Source of the DNA: a virus
IMG/VR virus record: IMGVR_UViG_3300028831_000111
Location: 1 to 58,933 of that record
DNA length: 58,933 bases
Strand: one strand, 5' to 3'
This document shows positions 48,682-57,516 of this stretch, one piece after another. Positions within the stretch are counted from its first letter, which is position 1, and each line of letters opens with the position of its first letter. Position numbers and translations under genes: made by a program. The notes below the pieces were generated by a model. The model saw only the letters and a program-made list of their open reading frames with translations, was not told the origin of the DNA and searched no databases.

Positions 48682-48878
48682 ATCCGGCGAAACCGCTCCT
48701 GACTGGCCTGCACCTTCACCCGCGCCCGGTAGGCCAGCGCGTCCAACGCGTCGTGCTCGGTGAGGTTCCACAACTCCCGGGCGGTGATGTTGCCCGCCTG
48801 ATACTGGGTGGTCCAGTCGGCCAGGCGGCGGGCGTACCAGCGCTCAACGAACAGGAGCCGATCGTTGAAGTTGTTCAC
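48678..48878 (-). CDS. Hypothetical protein (66 aa)
   Basis: GTG at 48878 after AAAGGAGGAGC. Overlaps the upstream TGA. Confidence 0.6.
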   Translation of the reverse strand: MNNFNDRLLFVERWYARRLADWTTQYQAGNITARELWNLTEHDALDALAYRARVKVQASQERFRRI

Positions 48879-48979
48879 GCTCCTCCTTTCAGGCAGGCGG
48901 CGAATGTGCAGATCGCAAGGACGATCACGGCCACGATCAGGACCGTTCCGGGTCCGACACCGCCCCGTTTCGTGCGCAT
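48875..48979 (-). CDS. 34-aa membrane peptide
   Basis: ATG overlaps the upstream TGA. Sequence MRTKRGGVGPGTVLIVAVIVLAICTFAACLKGGA. Confidence 0.5.
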   Translation of the reverse strand: MRTKRGGVGPGTVLIVAVIVLAICTFAACLKGGA

Positions 48980-49212
48980 CAGGCACCGCCCTTCATCTTC
49001 ACGATCCACAGGGTTGCGATGACCGTCATGGCCACGATCATGATCGGCCGGTACTTGCTGCGCCACAGCACAATCAGCGAGATCGCCACGACCACCGAGG
49101 CCAGGGCTAGCGGGTGCGCGATCATCCAGTCTGTGACGCTGGTCGACACCTGGTCGCCGGAGGGCAGGTCACCGGTCCCGGGGAGGTGGATGTCCTTGCC
49201 ATCGTCGCCCAT
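48979..49212 (-). CDS. Membrane protein (77 aa)
   Basis: 1-nt start/stop overlap (TAATG). Two TM helices. Also ends ...KGGA. Confidence 0.65.
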   Translation of the reverse strand: MGDDGKDIHLPGTGDLPSGDQVSTSVTDWMIAHPLALASVVVAISLIVLWRSKYRPIMIVAMTVIATLWIVKMKGGA

Positions 49213-49478
49213 TACTTCGCCCCTTCATTCATGATGCGGCGGATTTCACCTGCGTTGCGGATCTTGCGGGGGATGGTGGCCTCCCCGGTGAACATGTAGC
49301 CACTGGCCCATACGCCGTCAACCCACCGTGCGGAGAGCGTCCGGCGGGAGCTGACGTGGCCGAGGTCGTCCACCGTAACCGTGACCGTCTCAAACTTGGC
49401 CTGAACGGTCATGCTGACATCCCATCCGGCGGTGTACGCCGCCGCGACGAGCTGGAGTGCCTTTGTGGGGATGTGCAT
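49212..49478 (-). CDS. Hypothetical protein (88 aa)
   Basis: ATG at 49478, downstream of the operator motif. Confidence 0.7.
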   Translation of the reverse strand: MHIPTKALQLVAAAYTAGWDVSMTVQAKFETVTVTVDDLGHVSSRRTLSARWVDGVWASGYMFTGEATIPRKIRNAGEIRRIMNEGAK

Positions 49479-49499
49479 AAGAGTTGATCTCCGATCTCT

Positions 49500-49518
49500 T
49501 GTATGATCCCTCTATACA
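49500..49518 (-). promoter_or_regulatory. TGTAT-N9-ATACA inverted repeat with a TATAGA -10-like hexamer, in a 57-bp divergent gap
   Basis: cttgtatgatccctctatacat. No -35 at canonical spacing. Confidence 0.4.
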
Positions 49519-49535
49519 TTACTCGGTCTTGCAGG

Positions 49536-49772
49536 ATGGTGTCAATGTCAAGAACTCGCAGGTCAAGTCCCGAAGGGGGCGCCGGTCAGGGCGGTGAATG
49601 CGCGGGCAAACATCCCCACGAAACCCGCGAGGAGGCCCAGCACCACCGGGCCATACTGCTCCGTTCAAGTCGGTACCGGAGGCGGAAATTCCGTGGCCGG
49701 GCACTGCCGTTGGCGGTCTACCGCTGCTCGATCTGCAATTTCTGGCATGTAGGCCACGACGTGAAACGGTAA
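49536..49772 (+). CDS. Zinc-ribbon small basic protein
   Basis: C-terminal LAVYRCSICNFWHVGH. The start is ambiguous (49503, 49536 or 49545). Confidence 0.5.
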   Translation: MVSMSRTRRSSPEGGAGQGGECAGKHPHETREEAQHHRAILLRSSRYRRRKFRGRALPLAVYRCSICNFWHVGHDVKR

Positions 49773-49790
49773 GTCACCTATCTTGGCTGT

Positions 49791-50024
49791 ATGCCTGGCG
49801 CTGGACGCATCCCGGAAGACCTCGGCGACTACTGGACCCACGGTCCCGGAGCCGCCAAGATCGGTTGGGGTACCGACGGATCGTTCGCCCGATGTGAGCG
49901 ACTCCTGCGGCCCAAGCTCCCGGCGAGACTGAAGCTGCAGGTGGGCGGGCTCTGCGCCAATCTGCACAAGCGGGCCACCGGTGAGTGGCCAACGACTGGC
50001 GGGAAGCACGGCATCCCGTCGTGA
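49791..50024 (+). CDS. Conserved-looking small phage protein
   Basis: YWTHGPGAAKIGWGTDGSFARCERLL...GLCANLHKRATGEWP resembles a module often found at the C-terminus of actinophage head-maturation proteins (from memory, not searched). Confidence 0.6.
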   Translation: MPGAGRIPEDLGDYWTHGPGAAKIGWGTDGSFARCERLLRPKLPARLKLQVGGLCANLHKRATGEWPTTGGKHGIPS

Positions 50025-50027
50025 GGC

Positions 50028-50061
50028 CCTGTGGCCCCCGTACCTGGACGGGGGCCACAGG
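50028..50061. terminator. Bidirectional terminator
   Basis: 14-bp perfect stem cctgtggcccccgt / acgggggccacagg, followed by CTTTA. Confidence 0.75.
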
Positions 50062-50063
50062 CT

Positions 50064-50522
50064 TTACCGGCGGCGGTAGTCGTAGGTACAGGCGGTGCCG
50101 TTGCCCCGATCGGCGACGAGCGGCCCGGCAACCCGGATGACCTTGGCACCTTTGTGGGTCTTCCAGATTTCGCAGGTGGCGACGGACGCCATGACGTTGT
50201 CGCTGGCCAGGGTCAGCTCAACGACGATCCCGCCGGTGCCCTTGACGTAGACGATGTCCTGCTTCCAGACGCCGTCTGATCCGATCTTGACGCCGTGCGC
50301 GCCGGTCTGGTCGAGCTTGACCGGCGGGTTGGGGTGGTTGGAGACGATCACCTGAATGTCCACCACGTACATGATGTTGTGGTAGGCGACCTCGGCAAGG
50401 TAGGTCTCCGCCTTGTCGTCGGTGCGGGTGCGGGTGCTACCACCGCCGGTGATGCCGTGCAGGGCCACTGCGGCAATGGCGACCAGCGCAGCCAGCAGGA
50501 ACAGGTTCCTGATCTTGGTCAT
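50064..50522 (-). CDS. Secreted or membrane-anchored protein (N-terminal signal/anchor)
   Basis: MTKIRNLFLLAALVAIAAVALHG, then a beta-rich domain. Has its own promoter. Confidence 0.7.
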   Translation of the reverse strand: MTKIRNLFLLAALVAIAAVALHGITGGGSTRTRTDDKAETYLAEVAYHNIMYVVDIQVIVSNHPNPPVKLDQTGAHGVKIGSDGVWKQDIVYVKGTGGIVVELTLASDNVMASVATCEIWKTHKGAKVIRVAGPLVADRGNGTACTYDYRRR

Positions 50523-50542
50523 ACATCACTCCCTCTGGATTC

Positions 50543-50585
50543 TGTATGGCTTAGCACTACAAGAACTCTAGCACAAAACTGTCAA
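50543..50585 (-). promoter_or_regulatory. TTGACA -35 element plus TGTAT-N9-CTACA operator-like repeat
   Basis: Minus strand reads TTGACAgttttgtgctagagttcttgtagtgctaagccatacag. Spacing to the best -10 candidate is long (about 20 nt). Confidence 0.4.
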
Positions 50586-50590
50586 GATAT

Positions 50591-52096
50591 CTACGCGCCG
50601 TAAGCACCCTGACCGGCTGGAGTAACAAACAGGGACGTTGCTCCAGTAGCAGCCTTCGGTGCGCCGTCCAGCCGGAGGCCCGCCGGGGAGCCCACCGAGG
50701 ACTTGCGGCGCTCCTTCGTACGCAGCCACGTCCCGGCGTGCACCATCGCGTCGATCCGGTCCGGGGAGTCCGGGGACTCCTCCGGCACCCAGGAGCACAT
50801 CTGGTCTTCCAGCTCAGCGAAGGTTCCGACGAGGTGAAAGCGAAGCTGCTCGAAACGCATCTGGATTGGTTGCGCACGCAACTTCTTGCCGTGCATGGCG
50901 GTGACACCCTTCATGGGGATCGCTCCGCCCGGCGGGAAGATGCCCTCCTTCTGATACTCGCGGTAGGCGTCGGCAAGCACGTCGGTCAGCCACTGCTTGC
51001 CGTAGTTGTCCTCGTACACCAGCAGGTCAGCGTCATGTTCGTGGAACACCAGCCAGGCCCGGCGTGCGGCCACCCGGCCCGCGAACGCGCCGGAGTGGTC
51101 CGCGATGACGTAGTCCTCTTCGTTCCGGCCGCGCCCGCACACCACGATGCCGGTCTCGTCGCCGGTACCGGTGCCGGACGGGTCAACGCCCACCACCGTG
51201 TAGACCATCTCCGGCACGTCCCCGGGCTCAACCCGGCAGGCTTCCAGCAGCTTGTGGTTCCACAGTGCGCCTTCGACCTCTTCGAGCAGCTCCCCGTACA
51301 GCTCCTGCCTGCCCAGCGTCGTTCCCCGGTACTCCTTGCGAAGTTCGCTGAGGACTTCCATGGACAGGTTCTGGGCGTTGTCGAAGGTGGCGCCGATCGT
51401 GACTCGGTATTTCGGGTCTCCGGTCCGCGCCCGTTTGACCCAGTCCCGCAGGAGGTGGATCGGCTTCGGGGTGGTGGTGACGACGACGCGGGGGGAGTCA
51501 TCGATGAGGTCCGCGCGGATTGAGGGGAGGATGCCGTTGAGCCAGACGGTGTGGGTGTATCGCCACTTCGCCAGCTCGTCCAGCCATGCGCCGGAGGCGT
51601 TGTATCCACGGCCGGTGTCTTCGTTGTCGCAGCCCTCAAAGTAGATGATTTGCCCTTCCGGCAGGACGATCATCGGCTTGGGGGCCTTGATGTACTGGTA
51701 TTCGCCGAGGTTCGGGGGACGCCGGACGGGCCGGTAGCCGCGCCGGACGAGCACAGCGAGGATGCCCGATGGACCTTCGATACAGAAGGTGCGGGTGTCC
51801 TGGAGCGTCTCGCCGATGACGAGCCAGTTGGTGGCGTTCCCGGCGCGGTCGGCGGGGTGGCGTAGGGCCTGCTCGATGAGCCATTCGGCGCCGGTGCGGG
51901 TCTTGCCCCAGCCACGGCCGGACAGGATGAGCCAGACGAACCAGTCGCCGTCGGGCGGGAACTGTTCGGGACGGCCTTCCCACCACCACTCTCCGCGCCG
52001 GATTCCGTCGAGGATGTCGATGGGTTGATCGGCCAGCCATGCTTCGCGGACCGCCCGGGGGAGGGAGGCGAGCCGTTCTTTGGCTGATGCGCTCAT
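50591..52096 (-). CDS. terL: Terminase large subunit
   Basis: Walker A LILSGRGWGKTRTGAEW and nuclease-domain blocks (VVGVDPSGTGTGDETGIVV). Confidence 0.9.
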   Translation of the reverse strand: MSASAKERLASLPRAVREAWLADQPIDILDGIRRGEWWWEGRPEQFPPDGDWFVWLILSGRGWGKTRTGAEWLIEQALRHPADRAGNATNWLVIGETLQDTRTFCIEGPSGILAVLVRRGYRPVRRPPNLGEYQYIKAPKPMIVLPEGQIIYFEGCDNEDTGRGYNASGAWLDELAKWRYTHTVWLNGILPSIRADLIDDSPRVVVTTTPKPIHLLRDWVKRARTGDPKYRVTIGATFDNAQNLSMEVLSELRKEYRGTTLGRQELYGELLEEVEGALWNHKLLEACRVEPGDVPEMVYTVVGVDPSGTGTGDETGIVVCGRGRNEEDYVIADHSGAFAGRVAARRAWLVFHEHDADLLVYEDNYGKQWLTDVLADAYREYQKEGIFPPGGAIPMKGVTAMHGKKLRAQPIQMRFEQLRFHLVGTFAELEDQMCSWVPEESPDSPDRIDAMVHAGTWLRTKERRKSSVGSPAGLRLDGAPKAATGATSLFVTPAGQGAYGA

Positions 52097-52163
52097 CGCG
52101 ATCTAGTAAAGCAGTTGGACTAGCTGGGAGGTGCGACGTCAGTACCAGGTGAGCCGGTCTGGT

Positions 52164-52182
52164 TGTATGGTTGAGCCATACG
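52164..52182 (+). promoter_or_regulatory. TGTAT-N9-ATACG repeat with a TATGGT -10-like hexamer upstream of the plus-strand gene
   Basis: ggTTGTATGGTtgagccATACGaaaggagcggcATG. The only plus-strand copy of the motif. Confidence 0.4.
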
Positions 52183-52193
52183 AAAGGAGCGGC

Positions 52194-52871
52194 ATGGGTG
52201 TCACAATCAACCGCAAACCGGATGCGTTAGTTCGTAAGGTGCAGGGCAAGTACGCCTCCCCGGAGGACTTGAAGCTGAACCGGCTCGTTCGGCAGTTCCG
52301 CAAGCTGAACCGGGACGAACTCCTCGCGTCGCGGGATCAGGCGGGTCTTGGCTCACCGGAGCGGACTGCGGCGGTGCAGGTGTTGGAGGAGTGGCGGCAG
52401 TTGGATCACGGCGCCGCCGTGGCGGAGAACCTGGCGGAAGGCTTGAAGGAAGTTCCCCTGAAGGCCGAGCCCTCGAAGGGGTGGCTGTTCGAGATCAAAT
52501 CCCCGAAGGGGTGGCTGTTCGACACCATCACACAGACGCTGGACAGCCATCACGGGGACCACGGCCCTAGTAATGGCGGCGTGCAGAAGGTGGCCACGTT
52601 CCGCCTGAAGCTGGGCTCCAGGACATTGGAGATCCCGATCGGAGGTATGCAGGCGGTCTCGAAGGAGGTGTTGCCGGACGATTTCCAGATCCTCGCGAAC
52701 GATTTCATGTCCGGGAATATCCAGGTCCACACGAAGATGGAGCACTCCTATACGGCAACGGCGGTCGACCCGGTGGACGTGGCGAAGATGTTGGGGTGGA
52801 CGGCGAAGTGCGAGGTGTGGGGATGTCAGAACGTTGAGCACTACGGGCCGGTCAACAACGGCTTATACTGA
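52194..52871 (+). CDS. Hypothetical protein (225 aa) inserted antisense between terS and terL
   Basis: ATG at 52194 after AAAGGAG. Internal direct repeat PSKGWLFEIKSPKGWLFD. More A/T-ending codons than its neighbours. Confidence 0.75.
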   Translation: MGVTINRKPDALVRKVQGKYASPEDLKLNRLVRQFRKLNRDELLASRDQAGLGSPERTAAVQVLEEWRQLDHGAAVAENLAEGLKEVPLKAEPSKGWLFEIKSPKGWLFDTITQTLDSHHGDHGPSNGGVQKVATFRLKLGSRTLEIPIGGMQAVSKEVLPDDFQILANDFMSGNIQVHTKMEHSYTATAVDPVDVAKMLGWTAKCEVWGCQNVEHYGPVNNGLY

Positions 52872-52890
52872 GGGCGGCTTGTGGGGCCAA

Positions 52891-52924
52891 GAAGCGGCCC
52901 GGAGGTTCCCCTCCGGGCCGCTTC
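52891..52924. terminator. Bidirectional terminator
   Basis: 15-bp perfect stem gaagcggcccggagg / cctccgggccgcttc with a 4-nt loop. Confidence 0.8.
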
Positions 52925-52929
52925 GCTGT

Positions 52930-53457
52930 TCAGGTGAGGGTGCCCTGGATGACCTGCGCGCGGTCGGCCACCTGGTCCAGGGAGTCCATGATGTCGTCGC
53001 GCATCTTCTCTACGGCAATGAGCGTGTTGTTGTTGGTGATCTCCACGGTGGCGGTCTTGCCGCCCATCGGGACGTTGTGCAGTTGAGCCATCAACTTCAA
53101 CATGTTGACCATCTCCGCAACCGCCTTGAGATCGGGCATGCCGGTCAGGGTGCCGGTGGCGAGGGGCATCACCTTGCCAATGATCAACTCCAGGCGGTCG
53201 ATGATCAGCGCGCGGGCAATTGTGGACGTGATCAGGTCGACCTGCGCCGCACGGCGGACCAGCGCATCCCGCACGGCGCGGGCGGCCACGTTCGGGGACA
53301 CCTCGAACGCGAAGGCGATCTCCCGCATGCTGGCGCCGTTGGCCAGCATCTCCAGCATCCGGAAGTCCCGCTCCGCCAGGACAGGGGAGATACCCCCGGC
53401 CTTTTTACCCCCGCTCCTGGAACGCCGGTAAGGCTTCTTCAACGCTGTCCCCGGCAT
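52930..53457 (-). CDS. Putative terminase small subunit (N-terminal LuxR/sigma-r4-like HTH)
   Basis: ISPVLAERDFRMLEMLANGASMREIA, then a helical oligomerisation-like region. Nearest upstream minus-strand gene to terL. Confidence 0.5.
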   Translation of the reverse strand: MPGTALKKPYRRSRSGGKKAGGISPVLAERDFRMLEMLANGASMREIAFAFEVSPNVAARAVRDALVRRAAQVDLITSTIARALIIDRLELIIGKVMPLATGTLTGMPDLKAVAEMVNMLKLMAQLHNVPMGGKTATVEITNNNTLIAVEKMRDDIMDSLDQVADRAQVIQGTLT

Positions 53458-53731
53458 GGGCTTCGATCTCCTCGTACACGGGGCACGGGCTGTGCCACCT
53501 TGTACCGATCATGGTCTCATCGAATCCGCCGCGCGAGTCCTGCCACAGGTGGCCTTCGATACCCATCCGCTCCAGGCGGTAGTGGAAGTCGAGCCCTTCG
53601 TCAAGCAAGCTCTTCACGGCGCGGCAGGCGAGACAGCACCGGGGGCACTCGCAGGCGCAGTCGCTGTCGAACAAGTCGGCAACGTGCTGCGCGGCGAGTG
53701 CCCCGAGTGCATCGAGAACCTGAAACCTCAC
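53405..53731 (-). CDS. Cys-rich hypothetical protein
   Basis: GTG/TGA overlap. Motif CACECPRCCLAC. Its 3' end overlaps the next gene by 53 nt. Confidence 0.6.
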   Translation of the reverse strand: MRFQVLDALGALAAQHVADLFDSDCACECPRCCLACRAVKSLLDEGLDFHYRLERMGIEGHLWQDSRGGFDETMIGTRWHSPCPVYEEIEAHAGDSVEEALPAFQERG

Positions 53732-53856
53732 TTGACCTTGGCCTTCATCTTGGGGGTCAGGGGGTACGGCTGAGGCTGGTGTTCGCGATGAGGTCGGTAT
53801 GGGGACTGGTCACAGATCCAGCACCACGGATCAAGCTTGATCACCCCGTGGAACAT
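53728..53856 (-). CDS. 42-aa hypothetical protein
   Basis: ATG at 53856. High GC3. Its stop overlaps the next GTG. Confidence 0.45.
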   Translation of the reverse strand: MFHGVIKLDPWCWICDQSPYRPHREHQPQPYPLTPKMKAKVK

Positions 53857-54310
53857 CCTCGTCCCGCGCTTCCCCCGCAGTCTCATTCCCGGGAACGTCC
53901 ACCGGCGTTTCCACGTCTGCACTGTCCTGCTCCACGTCTTCTACGGTGATGACGAGCCGCTTCCCTAACGCCCGGTAGGCGGCCTGGAGGAACTCCAGCT
54001 TCAGGGACTTGTGGCGCATCAGCTCCAGATTGGACCAGGTGGCGGGGGTCAGGGTAGCCACCGACGCGGCGTGCGTCTGGGTGAGGTCAGCGGCTTCGCG
54101 CAACTCCCGAAGCAGCAGGGCCAGCCTACGCCTGGTCTGGAAGTCCTCGGTGTATCCCGGGGCCTTCGTCGGATCGAACACGGTCAGGTACCGGCCCATC
54201 AGTGCATCTTCTCCTTTGCGGTGTACTCGGTAGCAGGTCTGGCAGCGACTGCGGCGCAGCGGCTTGAACGGCCTCCCGCAATCGGCGCAGTGTCCGTCCT
54301 TCTCGATCAA
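53831..54310 (-). CDS. Zinc-ribbon plus XRE-type HTH DNA-binding protein
   Basis: TTG at 54310 (TTGA overlap, 7 nt after GAAGGAG). Motifs CADC...CQTC, then LRELREAADLTQTHAASVATLTPATWSNLE. Confidence 0.6.
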   Translation of the reverse strand: MIEKDGHCADCGRPFKPLRRSRCQTCYRVHRKGEDALMGRYLTVFDPTKAPGYTEDFQTRRRLALLLRELREAADLTQTHAASVATLTPATWSNLELMRHKSLKLEFLQAAYRALGKRLVITVEDVEQDSADVETPVDVPGNETAGEARDEDVPRGDQA

Positions 54311-55059
54311 TCCGGGTCTCCTTCGTCGCCCTGATAGGCAGCACAGCATCCGTCGCAGCCGTGGATGCCTTCCCAGAAGAACAGCGAGTCGGGCTCCAGC
54401 CCGGCCTGCCTCGCCCGGTAGGCCAGGTCGTCCGGGTCGGGGTGGCCAACGCCATGCTTACAGAGGCGCTCCATCAGGCGGCGGTCTTGACGCCAGTTAC
54501 GCGGCCACTCCCGCATGCGATGCCATGAGGGGGAGTGGATGGAGCACGGCGGGGTGCACTGCACCTCGGGGTGATGCTGGATGATCTGGCCGGATTCGAG
54601 TCGGAGCCGGTCGCGGGCGAAATCAGGGCCGTCTACCCAAGTGGGTATACCGGCGAGCTTGGCCCGTTCGATCGCGTCCTGTGTGCCGGAGTCGGGGAGC
54701 ATCCCGAATCCAAGGGCAAGATCGGGTCGGCCATCATCGATCATGATCTGATTGCGGATCGGTCCGGCGTGCTTGTGGTGTTCCTTCCACTTGGCCGGGT
54801 AGGGGCGGAACGGCACACCGTGGTCATCGCACCAGTGTTCGAATGCCTTGTCTGCCCCGAGAGCGCCTCCGGCGATCCCGAACAGGGCCATCGGTGCCGC
54901 CCAGGCTTTCACGGCCGTACAGACCTCGTAGAGGCGGGCGCGGGTGCGGTAATGCCTGCTACCCGTCACCATCATCGTCAAGGCTGGACCAGAACCGTTC
55001 AACCGCGCCCGCTCCGCCGCCCTGAGGACCTTGGCTCGGAGACTGGCGTCTTCGAACAT
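54307..55059 (-). CDS. SLOG-family (DUF2493-like) protein with a Cys/His-rich C-terminal extension
   Basis: MVTGSRHY...GIAGGALGADKAFEHWC...AGPIRNQIMI matches the DUF2493 pattern. Confidence 0.7.
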   Translation of the reverse strand: MFEDASLRAKVLRAAERARLNGSGPALTMMVTGSRHYRTRARLYEVCTAVKAWAAPMALFGIAGGALGADKAFEHWCDDHGVPFRPYPAKWKEHHKHAGPIRNQIMIDDGRPDLALGFGMLPDSGTQDAIERAKLAGIPTWVDGPDFARDRLRLESGQIIQHHPEVQCTPPCSIHSPSWHRMREWPRNWRQDRRLMERLCKHGVGHPDPDDLAYRARQAGLEPDSLFFWEGIHGCDGCCAAYQGDEGDPD

Positions 55060-55264
55060 CCTTCACCCCACAATTGATCCACGAGCAGGGCAGCAGAGAG
55101 ACGCTGTACTCCCAGCTCTCGATGGTCTCCTTGACCGGGTAGACAAGATCGGCCTGCACGCCGTGCCAACACACGACGTGCAGGCCGTACCACCCGTCTT
55201 CATCACGGAATCTCGTGACCTTCGGCTTGCGCCACGACGATCCGTACCAGACGGCAACTGCCAT
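54959..55264 (-). CDS. Hypothetical protein; its 3' third overlaps the next gene out of frame
   Basis: ATGA coupling at its start. The first ~65 codons look coding. The last ~33 codons have lower GC3 than the overlapping frame. Confidence 0.4.
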   Translation of the reverse strand: MAVAVWYGSSWRKPKVTRFRDEDGWYGLHVVCWHGVQADLVYPVKETIESWEYSVSLLPCSWINCGVKDVRRRQSPSQGPQGGGAGAVERFWSSLDDDGDG

Positions 55265-55515
55265 CAGCGGTTCTTCGCCTCAGCGTTGGCCAGGATGTGC
55301 ACCGTGCGGGCGGTCGACAGAACCGTCTCCAGGTCTTCGCGGGTCATGCTCTTCAGGCGGCGGGCCACGGCGGCTCCGTCGTCCTGCAACGCGAAGCGCC
55401 ACACGTCGGACTTGCTGACGTCCCCGGCGACCTTCTCACCCCAGCGAGCCAGGGCGAGAAGGCCATCGATGACGACGTCGGTGCTCGTCTCCGTCGGTTT
55501 GCTGGTGTCGCTCAC
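55264..55515 (-). CDS. Hypothetical protein (83 aa)
   Basis: Coupled to the ParB-like gene. Confidence 0.65.
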   Translation of the reverse strand: MSDTSKPTETSTDVVIDGLLALARWGEKVAGDVSKSDVWRFALQDDGAAVARRLKSMTREDLETVLSTARTVHILANAEAKNR

Positions 55516-56828
55516 TCCTGCGAGTCCTCCCGCTCCGGGTAGTCAGCCGACTTGCCCTGGTGGATCGGCTGCGGGAACGGCTCGTTGGAACGCCACACCA
55601 ACTGGTGGACCGGGGAGCCATCCACCCACGCGTTCCACGCCTTGATGTACAGGGCGAGCTGCTCCACGTTCGAGGTCGTACGCCGCCGCTGGCTGCGGAG
55701 ACGCTCGTTGAAGCGACGGTAAGCCAACCGGGGGTCGCCCGGGTCGAGACTCACGCCGGTCTGCAGCCCGAACACGAACTCTTCGGGGTCGGCAGCCGGG
55801 TAGGCGGCCTTGGTGATGTAGTAGCCCGCCGCCGAGGCGGAAGGGGTGGTGATGACCTTCGAAAGCCTGGACCCGACCTTGACGGCCTCGGCGAGCCGAC
55901 CAGGCTCACCGTCGACCACATCGAACTTGGGGTACAGCTCCAGCGTCTGCGTGTTGGTCATCCGGTACCGGGACCACTGCGAGAACGGCACGTTGTAGAA
56001 CAGGTGCAGCAGCTTCACAGCAGCGGCACTGACGAGCCGGTTGGTGACGCGGTGCAGGGCCAGTACGTCGGCGGTGGTCCGGCGCTTGCCGGAGTCCACG
56101 ACCGCGAACACCCTCGGGTCCAGGTTGTATGTGATCTCGGTGATGAACGAGATCCCCGGCTTGATCTTGTTGGCTTCGATGACCGCCACCAGCCGGTGCT
56201 GACCGTCGATCAACTGCATGTCGTGGTCGAACGCCAGACCCTGGTGGGACTGCGTCCACTCCCCGCGCAGCATCGCGTTACGGAACTCGATGACCAACGC
56301 CGGATCGAGGGGACGGTTGACGAACTTGGTCGGGTCCAGCTCGCCCCGGTCATCGAAGAAGTTGTTGTATCCCAGCAGATCCCGCGCAAACGACGCGTCG
56401 ATCTCAACAACTTCCTTGCTGACGCCGCCGGGCAGCATCAGCGCGTCGTCCCTGCGGCGCTTCAGCTCGCTGTCGTTACGCCCCTGCTCCTCCAGGGCCT
56501 TGCGCAGTTCTTCGAGCTGGGCCGCCTGCATCTTGCGCTGCGCTTCGAGCATCTTCACCTCGTTGGCCTTGCGGTCGGCTTCGATCCGCGCCTTGCGGTC
56601 GGCTTCGTCGCGGGCTTCGGCGGCGTTCTCGTCCCAGCCCAGGGCAACCAGGTCATCCAAGATCGCCTTGAGCGTGTTGCCCTTCGGGGGGCGGTGGTTG
56701 ATGAAGAGCGGGCCGCCGCCTTCGCTGTTGGTGACACGCCAGCGGGAGGGGTGGTTCTTGACTTCCCAGCCAGGCGTACGGCTGACCTTCTCAATGAGTG
56801 TTTCCAGGTCAGTGCGTGAAACGGGCAT
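55512..56828 (-). CDS. ParB/Srx-fold (ParB-like nuclease domain) protein
   Basis: Core motif LIDGQHRLVAVIEA with a coiled N-terminal region. Confidence 0.65.
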   Translation of the reverse strand: MPVSRTDLETLIEKVSRTPGWEVKNHPSRWRVTNSEGGGPLFINHRPPKGNTLKAILDDLVALGWDENAAEARDEADRKARIEADRKANEVKMLEAQRKMQAAQLEELRKALEEQGRNDSELKRRRDDALMLPGGVSKEVVEIDASFARDLLGYNNFFDDRGELDPTKFVNRPLDPALVIEFRNAMLRGEWTQSHQGLAFDHDMQLIDGQHRLVAVIEANKIKPGISFITEITYNLDPRVFAVVDSGKRRTTADVLALHRVTNRLVSAAAVKLLHLFYNVPFSQWSRYRMTNTQTLELYPKFDVVDGEPGRLAEAVKVGSRLSKVITTPSASAAGYYITKAAYPAADPEEFVFGLQTGVSLDPGDPRLAYRRFNERLRSQRRRTTSNVEQLALYIKAWNAWVDGSPVHQLVWRSNEPFPQPIHQGKSADYPEREDSQE

Positions 56829-56875
56829 CTGTGGGGTCTCCTTGATGAGGTGAATCTTGACGCCTGTATGGCCCG

Positions 56876-56904
56876 ACTATACGTCGGTTCTACCAAACTG
56901 ACAA
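56876..56904 (-). promoter_or_regulatory. Promoter TTGTCA-N17-TATAGT with a partial TGTAT-N9-ATACG repeat (56865-56883)
   Basis: Minus strand reads TTGTCAgtttggtagaaccgacgTATAGTcgggccatacagg. Confidence 0.55.
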
Positions 56905-57203
56905 GGTGGCTGTTCGGCAAGGCGGTTGGCGTCTCTCCAGTCGAGGTACGCGAGCCTGGCCAACGCCCCCTCCCGCAGAAGGAGATGCTTCGTAGTCTCC
57001 CGGTGGAAGCGAGCCACCACGAACCCGAAGGAGGGCTTGAGCAGGCGGAACAGGCCAGTTGCGTTCCAGGGCTTCACAAAGTCTTCGTCAACCACCTCGT
57101 ACGACCGGCTGTACGTCCACACCAGCCCCACCAGTCGGGCATGGGCGAGAGCGCGCCATTCACGGTCGGGGTACAGAACCTGATTCGTCCGCTGTATCGC
57201 CAA
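56877..57203 (-). CDS. Hypothetical protein (108 aa, TTG start uncertain)
   Basis: Protein-like composition. Its 5' end overlaps the upstream gene by 44 nt. Confidence 0.5.
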   Translation of the reverse strand: MAIQRTNQVLYPDREWRALAHARLVGLVWTYSRSYEVVDEDFVKPWNATGLFRLLKPSFGFVVARFHRETTKHLLLREGALARLAYLDWRDANRLAEQPPCQFGRTDV

Positions 57204-57516
57204 TGCTCCTCCAGTTGATGCAGGCTGGCCAAGACTTCCGGATCGTGCTGGCGTTGCCGCGCGTGACTCGCTCGCCCATCCGGTACCAACACTTGTAACT
57301 CGTACGACTTACCGGCACGTCACGGTCCAGCGGCTGGCAGAACCGACAGCTACCGCATGTCTCGCCTGGCCTGATCTTCAGGTTCTTCCGCAACGTTGTC
57401 GAGAGCGGGTGCAGCCCGAGTTTGATCAGCCACACCCTGAGCCGGGTACGACGTGCCGCAACGCCGGGACGGGCAACCGGTTCAGGAGCCTCGAACAACG
57501 GCTCTGGAGCGCTCAC
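57160..57516 (-). CDS. Hypothetical protein with a CxxCxxC motif
   Basis: GTG at 57516 overlaps the upstream TGA. Sequence SAPEPLFEAPEPVA...RLRVWLIKLGLHPLS...TCGSCRFC. Confidence 0.55.
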   Translation of the reverse strand: MSAPEPLFEAPEPVARPGVAARRTRLRVWLIKLGLHPLSTTLRKNLKIRPGETCGSCRFCQPLDRDVPVSRTSYKCWYRMGERVTRGNASTIRKSWPACINWRSIGDTADESGSVPRP

